DNA of 64,000 nucleotides from a virus. Lineage: Duplodnaviria; Caudoviricetes. The notes below the pieces were generated by a model. The model searched no databases and had not been told where the DNA came from. It saw nothing but the letters and a program-made list of their open reading frames with translations. Below, one piece after another: positions 57,754 to 64,000 of the stretch. The stretch spans positions 32,001-96,000 of the IMG/VR virus record IMGVR_UViG_3300038524_000024, one strand, 5' to 3'. The stretch's first letter is position 1. The number at the start of each line of letters is the position of its first letter. The translations under genes and the position numbers were made by a program.

Positions 57754-58760
57754 TATTCACCATCATCTTCATATGACTCTGGTTCATTTTCTTGCATTTC
57801 CCTAAGCAAGTCCCCACCGTGACCGCCTTCACCATCATTTTCAACGTAAAAATCTGGAGGAGTTTGTCCAAAGAAATTAAGTATTGGACGAGTAACAAAG
57901 TCAGTAATATATTGTTCTATATTATCATTATCACTAAACAATTTCTTATCTTTATAATATTCAGCAGGCTCAGTATCTTCTATCATACGAATGAAATCAG
58001 AAAACGCAGTCATTGATTTCCCAGAAATATTATCTTTGGTTTTGCTTGGTGTAATATCTAGCATGTCCATAATTTTCTGTTGTTCTTTTAAAAGAGCAGC
58101 GCCAGTATTGCCTTTAGCCCGCTCTTTTTCATAGTCAAGTTGATATTGCGTCAAATATTTATAAAGCAATTCTTGTTCTTTGGTTTGAACTTCATGATTT
58201 TCAACCCATTCTCTAAAATGTCTTTCAAGAAACTCATATTCTGGTTCAGAATATCTTTCTCCCCAAAACTCTTTTACATCATGGTGAGTTTCAAAATTTT
58301 TATAAACATCTGCAATAACCGCATTATTTGGTTCAATAAAACTTGTATCTACTGGTGGTCTATCGCCACCACCATAAAATGTTTTTGCAACCCAAGCCTT
58401 ATACAATCCAAAGAAAGATAGTGGGTCAAAATTTGACATATCTATACCCTTTATTGCACCATTTAATGCATCCCCGCTAAATTTTACATCTAATATGCGA
58501 CACGTATTAAGGGTTGCAACTTCTATGTTGGCACCACTCATAACATATTGGTTTTTAAATATTTCGTAGCAGCATGTTCTGCAAATACTCATTCTACCAT
58601 TTTTATCTAAAAAATGATTTGACGCAACAAAAAAATCGTCAACTCTTTTGGTTTTTTGACAATGGCGACAATAATATATTTTGCCATCACGTGCGACTTT
58701 TACTGGTGCAATCGTGGCTGGCGTTTTTATTTTCGCACTTCTTTGTCTTGATACAGCCAT
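57753..58760 (-). CDS. Zn-finger protein, putative terminase small subunit
   Basis: CRHC..CRTC N-terminus, FWG..Y...EY.FL; directly upstream of terL. Confidence 0.55.
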   Translation of the reverse strand: MAVSRQRSAKIKTPATIAPVKVARDGKIYYCRHCQKTKRVDDFFVASNHFLDKNGRMSICRTCCYEIFKNQYVMSGANIEVATLNTCRILDVKFSGDALNGAIKGIDMSNFDPLSFFGLYKAWVAKTFYGGGDRPPVDTSFIEPNNAVIADVYKNFETHHDVKEFWGERYSEPEYEFLERHFREWVENHEVQTKEQELLYKYLTQYQLDYEKERAKGNTGAALLKEQQKIMDMLDITPSKTKDNISGKSMTAFSDFIRMIEDTEPAEYYKDKKLFSDNDNIEQYITDFVTRPILNFFGQTPPDFYVENDGEGGHGGDLLREMQENEPESYEDDGE

Positions 58761-58817
58761 AAGACACCTCCAAGAAACAAAAGGGGGTCGACGCCCTTTT
58801 TATAATATTATTATTTA

Positions 58818-60092
58818 TTAATCGACAGAGGAATATATAATTGTTTCTAGCCCACAGTCTTTATCCCATATAAAAGCAAAAGCTTTTCTTTGAGTACCAA
58901 CATAGCCTTTTTTGCCATGCCACGCGTCCGGAGCAGATACACTACTAATGCGTCTTATAATCAAACCTGAATCTTCTCTGACGCTTTCGTGATGTAAATC
59001 TCCCAGATGCCACTCTCGATGCCTTGTATTCGCCCATAACTCAGGAACTTCGATTTGCATAAGCCCAACAATTCGTTTTCCTTCATCTCGTCCATGTGAA
59101 TAACCAATAAGATTTGTTCCATATGATACATACTTTCTAGGCGATGGGCTCGTATCTACACTAACATCTAATGTATTCTTATAAACATGGGCTATCCCAA
59201 CTAACGCACAATAAGATAGCATTTCATCATGATTCCCAGCAACATACATTATTCTTACCGGGGCAATAGCCCTAAGTTGTTCTATGCCCCACACAAGCAT
59301 ATCAACACCCGTAGCAAATATTTCTTGCCACGAAGAATTAGTATCAACTAATGTGCCGCTAGTGGTCGTACCACTTGGAGTATCTATATGAAAAAAATCC
59401 TGCCCTATAGGAAATACAATTTCCTCTATGTCGAAACCATAGTCATTAATTTTTTTCAAAATATCTACGATGATTTTTTTGTAAAGTTCTTGTGCTACTT
59501 GCAAATTGTAGTCATCGTCACCTGTAACAATACTGTCGGCAAATTTGCCGACATGAAAATCCAACAGCGGCAACTCAAGCATTTTATTACCAGTATCATA
59601 GTTATATGATTCTAATTTTGGAACGTTGATATTAGAAAATACACTTGTGATAACATCCCCTGTTATTTTGTCAGTTAATGGTTTCACTGTAAGTGTAACT
59701 GAATACTTATGATTGGTTATTGTTTCAGGTGTGTCGTTTAGTTTTAGAGTAACGTCCCAATTACCACGAATAACACGACATGTTATAACTTCCCACAACA
59801 TAGGATTGAATCCCATTTTTTTCATAATTGAAATTGGACTACTTGCTTCGTCCTCAGACATTTCAATGTCGCGTTTTATTGTACGTGAGTTATCCTTGTT
59901 GTAACTTATTTCTTCCTGTGTTGCTGGTTGCTGAATAACCGGTTGAAATTCTTCTAGTTTCTTTGCTAATAATGAAATTCCATACCAATATTTTTTTGCA
60001 TTATTAGCACCAACGCGTTTACCAAAAAATCTTGTAATCTTATCCTCTGGAGTTCCAGTCGCTTCAAGAATAGCCCTAGTAAAATCACTCAT
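58818..60092 (-). CDS. Calcineurin-like metallophosphoesterase
   Basis: DFH, GQDFFH, GNHD, SHG, GDLHH. Confidence 0.85.
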   Translation of the reverse strand: MSDFTRAILEATGTPEDKITRFFGKRVGANNAKKYWYGISLLAKKLEEFQPVIQQPATQEEISYNKDNSRTIKRDIEMSEDEASSPISIMKKMGFNPMLWEVITCRVIRGNWDVTLKLNDTPETITNHKYSVTLTVKPLTDKITGDVITSVFSNINVPKLESYNYDTGNKMLELPLLDFHVGKFADSIVTGDDDYNLQVAQELYKKIIVDILKKINDYGFDIEEIVFPIGQDFFHIDTPSGTTTSGTLVDTNSSWQEIFATGVDMLVWGIEQLRAIAPVRIMYVAGNHDEMLSYCALVGIAHVYKNTLDVSVDTSPSPRKYVSYGTNLIGYSHGRDEGKRIVGLMQIEVPELWANTRHREWHLGDLHHESVREDSGLIIRRISSVSAPDAWHGKKGYVGTQRKAFAFIWDKDCGLETIIYSSVD

Positions 60093-60405
60093 CTATTTCA
60101 TCCTCTGCTATAGAATTATCTAATTCATTAATAAAATTATGCATAACCTTTGATGGAGACATATATACTCTTTTATGAGCGGGAACAACCACGTGTTTTT
60201 TATTAAAAGCATCCCAGCCATTATATGAATCAACATCTTTAACATATAGCTTCATAATTCTATGCCATCTAAGCCTATCACCATTTTTGACTATTTTATA
60301 AATACAGTCTTCTAAAGTTTCAAATATAATACGGGTATCACCAATTGTAAAATCAGCCTGTTTTGCCACCAATCGTATTAAAGATTCTTTATCATATTCT
60401 AACAT
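60085..60405 (-). CDS. HU/IHF-like DNA-binding protein
   Basis: K..LI..VA......D......L...I...V..GD, arm region, VPA.KRV...PSK. Confidence 0.75.
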   Translation of the reverse strand: MLEYDKESLIRLVAKQADFTIGDTRIIFETLEDCIYKIVKNGDRLRWHRIMKLYVKDVDSYNGWDAFNKKHVVVPAHKRVYMSPSKVMHNFINELDNSIAEDEIDE

Positions 60406-60478
60406 TTTTCTTTCCTTTTCGCATATATTACTGTGTGCCAGACTCTATCTTCATATATAGAATATGTAATTTATCTGA

Positions 60479-61222
60479 TTACATATCACTTTTTGGTTTA
60501 TTTCTAAAATTAGAAACGTTTTTTCTAATATCTTTCTTTCTTTTTTCGTCATAACATTTGTCACAATATGTTCTTCGTTTAGGTTTTCCGAGCATTTGCT
60601 CACCGCAAATTGAACATACTGCTGGAAATTTATCAGACATATTATCAAAGTCAACAATCGTTATATCGTTTTCATTGTCTAATGTTTCTTGGTCTATAAT
60701 GCTTATTTTATATCCTCCTCTTAAATTGGGTTCTATATATTTATTTTTACTTAAACTATGGATAATATCAATTCTTTCTGACTTTGATAATCCGGTCATT
60801 CTAGATAGTCTAAACACGTCAGATAAAGAACCATTGTAGTAATAGTCTTTATCTTTTGACTTATTAAAAATCTTTGAAATAACAAGCATGGTAAACAAAA
60901 CTTTTTGCTCTTTTATATTTGTTATTGTATGAATTTTTTCTATCTCTCTTGCACTAACTATTACTGGCTCTCCAGTGCGCAATTCATTTCGTCCAAAATG
61001 TTTTAATGCGTAATCGAGATGATTATCGCCAATAATTTCATTGAAACTATCATCTACTTCTGTGGCATACTCTATAATCTTTTCACGTACTTCCGGCTTT
61101 TTCAATCCCAGATAGTAGTAGTATTTTGTCAATATATTTAAATCTCTTTGTTTTATTACAAAGTTACTTTTGACATTCTTTAATATTTTCTCGGCATATT
61201 TTTTTTCGTCAAAAATAATCAT
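60479..61222 (-). CDS. Hypothetical protein with C-terminal zinc finger, adjacent to the RNA polymerase
   Basis: CSICG ... YCDKC; stop-start adjacent to the RNAP gene. Confidence 0.65.
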   Translation of the reverse strand: MIIFDEKKYAEKILKNVKSNFVIKQRDLNILTKYYYYLGLKKPEVREKIIEYATEVDDSFNEIIGDNHLDYALKHFGRNELRTGEPVIVSAREIEKIHTITNIKEQKVLFTMLVISKIFNKSKDKDYYYNGSLSDVFRLSRMTGLSKSERIDIIHSLSKNKYIEPNLRGGYKISIIDQETLDNENDITIVDFDNMSDKFPAVCSICGEQMLGKPKRRTYCDKCYDEKRKKDIRKNVSNFRNKPKSDM

Positions 61223-61225
61223 ATA

Positions 61226-64000
61226 TTATTCCCATTCATCCAACATCTCATAACCATCGTATATAGTTGGATTGATTGGCATTTTATATGTCTTATATGA
61301 TTTACCAAGATAATAGGTTGTGTCTGCTCCACCGTCCTCGTCAAAAAATAACATGTCAAGAGTAGTCTTACCGTTCATAATGCAATTGTTTTTTATATTT
61401 TCAACAATGCCATCCCCAAAAACAGACCAAACAAAAGATTTGCTATCAGATGGGTGTAATTCGTAGCAAATAGAGACCGCCAAATTAGTAAGCTCAGCAA
61501 AATTTTGACTTATTTTATAAGCTTCAAAACGAATAAACTTATTATACTGCTCAATAGTTCTAAAGCGACCCTCACCAGAGCTAGCTTGACCTTCTCTGGC
61601 AGCAATCTTATTAAACCGACTGCGTTCTGAACGATATCTTCTAAATAGGGCTTCCATTTGTTTGTATTTTGCACTATCAAAAGGTATGGTCTTATCTTTC
61701 ATAAATAACAATAAGTTTTCATGTATTTCTAGCGGAAAACTTAATTTAATTTCCTTTACTGTTTTCTCCATATGATGACAAATATCATTCATAGTACAGC
61801 GAGTATCTAAAAGAGGAGAGTATCTCTCATACTTTTCAATAATATCAGAATAACCTTCGTCGTGTTCATTGATATCTTTAAATTCTTTGCCAAACATTGC
61901 CAAACAATATTTATCAAAATTTGCTATATGCTGAGTATAATCCTTGTTGTAATTAGTATATAAATACCTCATAAAATATGGGCGCTTATCAATCAAAATT
62001 GAATTATTGAACTTTATTGCATCTGAAAAGGATTCATTGGCGCTAGTAACTTTAGTCCAATTAGTCCAGTGCTTTGGAAAAGATTTGACAATTAATCCTT
62101 TTGCCTTATCTATCTGATTTCCCTGTTCTTTTCGACATATTTTTAGTCGTTTTATAATTTCAGAATACTCTTTTGATGACTTATCGTATTGTGATAACAT
62201 GGCGTATAAGGTCGTACTGCAATTAGTGATAAACCCAATGCGTGTATCAAATGCTTTTATATCATATTCATATAATGTATTTTCATCTATAATTTCTTTT
62301 GGTGTTTTATTTTTCGTATATGTTACCGGCAAACCGCGATATGCATTATTAATTACCTGTTCGTTATTAGTCGTCATAATAATATCACCATCATAATCAC
62401 TATCAGCTTGAAGCATATTATCAAACCCATGAACATTATATATAATTCCAGTTTTAATGTATTTATACCACTTCTGCGTCTTCTCGTTGGCGATTAGATT
62501 TAATATATTTATTTCAGAACGCCATGTTAATGGTGCTCTCAGCGCTGCGACCTTAACAACATTCTTTTTCAACCAGTAATTAGCATAATGTTGATTTATT
62601 TGTAATAACCCATTGGCTGGCATATCAAATATATGTTCGCAAAACGCATAAGGGTCTGAAATAATTGTTTGATAATTACCATCCAATAATAAATTTCCAA
62701 TATATGAATCTCTAATTTTTTTATTTAATGAACTAATAATATGAGCCCTAATATATGGGTCATCAATGAAATCACTTCTCAATAATAAAGTTTTTGTAAT
62801 TGGGTCAGAAATTTTTTCTAATATATTGAGCGATTCATCAAATGGTTGATTAGCAACCTTTCCAAGTAGATATAGTTTAGTAATATCGGCATCATATCCA
62901 ATAGCCTGTCCAAAAAAATCAATTGTTGGTTGGCAAATCTTTTTCATATCGTCTTCAGAAAAGTCTTCTACTTGTAAAAACTGATAATTCGTATAGATAT
63001 AGTCTGAATCATACTTAGGCGCATATCTAGATACCCCCCAATGTAATCCATTTGTCCTAAGATTATCTACGTACTGTGCGTGATTTTCAAATGCATTCCA
63101 CATTTTCAATTGAGATTCGGTGAGAACCATATCTACATTGCGAATATCTGTTTTCTTTCCCCACACATCGTTAAAATATTTTTTTTCAAATTCTTCGGCA
63201 AATGCATGAAAATCAAATACGGCAACCATACCCTTCATAAAATTATTGCGTATAATGAACGTAGACGGAATATAATCCAGTCCCAACTCGTCAGCCCACT
63301 CAATTGCTTTGCTTGGTGATATGAGCCCCATTCCATCAAACAAGTTGAATGCAATATCCATTTGTCTTTCAACAACGTCATCGTCTAAATATGGATTGAT
63401 AGACGTGTCATTTTCCTCAACAACATTTACCAAACAATTTTGTTTTACTATTTCCAAATCTCTTATGACTGCAAATTCAGGAGATGAAACCTGATAAGTG
63501 GCAGACGAACAAAGAGCAAAATAAGCATTGAATTTAGAAGGCGCTATTGGTATGTTTTCATTTCTTCCATTGTTTAAAACTTTTTTTAATGGATTAGCAA
63601 ATTGTTCCTCTATGAAAATTGAATTATTGCGTCTAGAATGCCCCGCGCCACATAATAATCTAACATATTTCTTGCCGTTTACTATGAAACCATGCTGTGC
63701 AATATATTCATAGTCTTTTTTCTTATCGACAACCACTGATATAATTTCTGGAATAAAGAGAATAGAATCTAACTCACTAGCGTTATATGCTTTTTGTTTG
63801 CGATTTTTTGAAAGGGACAGCACTTTTTCCGTGATAGGCATAAGGTCTTCTTCTATCTTTCCCTGCAAACGAAACAAAGAGCGAATCAATTGACTCTCTC
63901 CAATAGAAACCACTTCACCATTTCTTCTTGCTTCGTTTATGTCATTAAAGTTTATTTCGTAATTTGATTTTTTTAATCTCTTGGTGTTTGTTTTTATAAT
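61226..64000 (-). CDS. YonO-like single-subunit two-barrel RNA polymerase (5' truncated by window)
   Basis: FDGMG, IRN.FMKG, RAP, catalytic DSDYDGD, IG.ITN, Q...IDKAKG, RPYFM; frame open to the window end. Confidence 0.88.
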   Translation of the reverse strand: MIKTNTKRLKKSNYEINFNDINEARRNGEVVSIGESQLIRSLFRLQGKIEEDLMPITEKVLSLSKNRKQKAYNASELDSILFIPEIISVVVDKKKDYEYIAQHGFIVNGKKYVRLLCGAGHSRRNNSIFIEEQFANPLKKVLNNGRNENIPIAPSKFNAYFALCSSATYQVSSPEFAVIRDLEIVKQNCLVNVVEENDTSINPYLDDDVVERQMDIAFNLFDGMGLISPSKAIEWADELGLDYIPSTFIIRNNFMKGMVAVFDFHAFAEEFEKKYFNDVWGKKTDIRNVDMVLTESQLKMWNAFENHAQYVDNLRTNGLHWGVSRYAPKYDSDYIYTNYQFLQVEDFSEDDMKKICQPTIDFFGQAIGYDADITKLYLLGKVANQPFDESLNILEKISDPITKTLLLRSDFIDDPYIRAHIISSLNKKIRDSYIGNLLLDGNYQTIISDPYAFCEHIFDMPANGLLQINQHYANYWLKKNVVKVAALRAPLTWRSEINILNLIANEKTQKWYKYIKTGIIYNVHGFDNMLQADSDYDGDIIMTTNNEQVINNAYRGLPVTYTKNKTPKEIIDENTLYEYDIKAFDTRIGFITNCSTTLYAMLSQYDKSSKEYSEIIKRLKICRKEQGNQIDKAKGLIVKSFPKHWTNWTKVTSANESFSDAIKFNNSILIDKRPYFMRYLYTNYNKDYTQHIANFDKYCLAMFGKEFKDINEHDEGYSDIIEKYERYSPLLDTRCTMNDICHHMEKTVKEIKLSFPLEIHENLLLFMKDKTIPFDSAKYKQMEALFRRYRSERSRFNKIAAREGQASSGEGRFRTIEQYNKFIRFEAYKISQNFAELTNLAVSICYELHPSDSKSFVWSVFGDGIVENIKNNCIMNGKTTLDMLFFDEDGGADTTYYLGKSYKTYKMPINPTIYDGYEMLDEWE

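Noticed and set aside
1-64000. CRISPR array, tRNA or rRNA genes
   Set aside because: No regularly spaced repeat-spacer run or cloverleaf was seen by eye, and intergenic gaps are mostly too short; tRNAscan-SE would confirm
1-64000. Alternative genetic code
   Set aside because: Long conserved genes are intact under code 11 and all three stop codons end genes

Overview
A 64 kb, AT-rich segment of a large tailed dsDNA phage or prophage with SPbeta-like (yon/yom/yor) gene order, in two convergent arms. The + strand (1-16.7 kb) is a replication and nucleotide-metabolism module: helicase C-terminus, Cas4-like nuclease, intein-containing DnaE, class II RNR and ThyX, 5'-nucleotidase, dNMP kinase, C5 methyltransferase, a PLP enzyme plus radical SAM pair, and dUTPase. 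The - strand (64.0 to 16.8 kb) is the late module: YonO-like RNA polymerase, HU, phosphoesterase, terminase, portal, protease/scaffold, capsid, neck and tail, holin, lysin, RusA, tyrosine recombinase, tape measure, tail tip and fibres. Three inteins and five free-standing homing endonucleases are present. Best leads: (1) a covarying three-way-junction/pseudoknot RNA leader covering the ribosome-binding site of two GIY-YIG genes; (2) a PLP + radical SAM pair suggesting DNA base hypermodification in a phage that also has ThyX and a C5 MTase; (3) an out-of-frame gene nested in the methyltransferase; (4) two GC-rich tail-module islands bounded by fossil lysin/peptidase fragments with a shared AAGCATGAC junction. 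No CRISPR array, tRNA or rRNA was recognised. All assignments come from motifs read by eye; no database searches were run.
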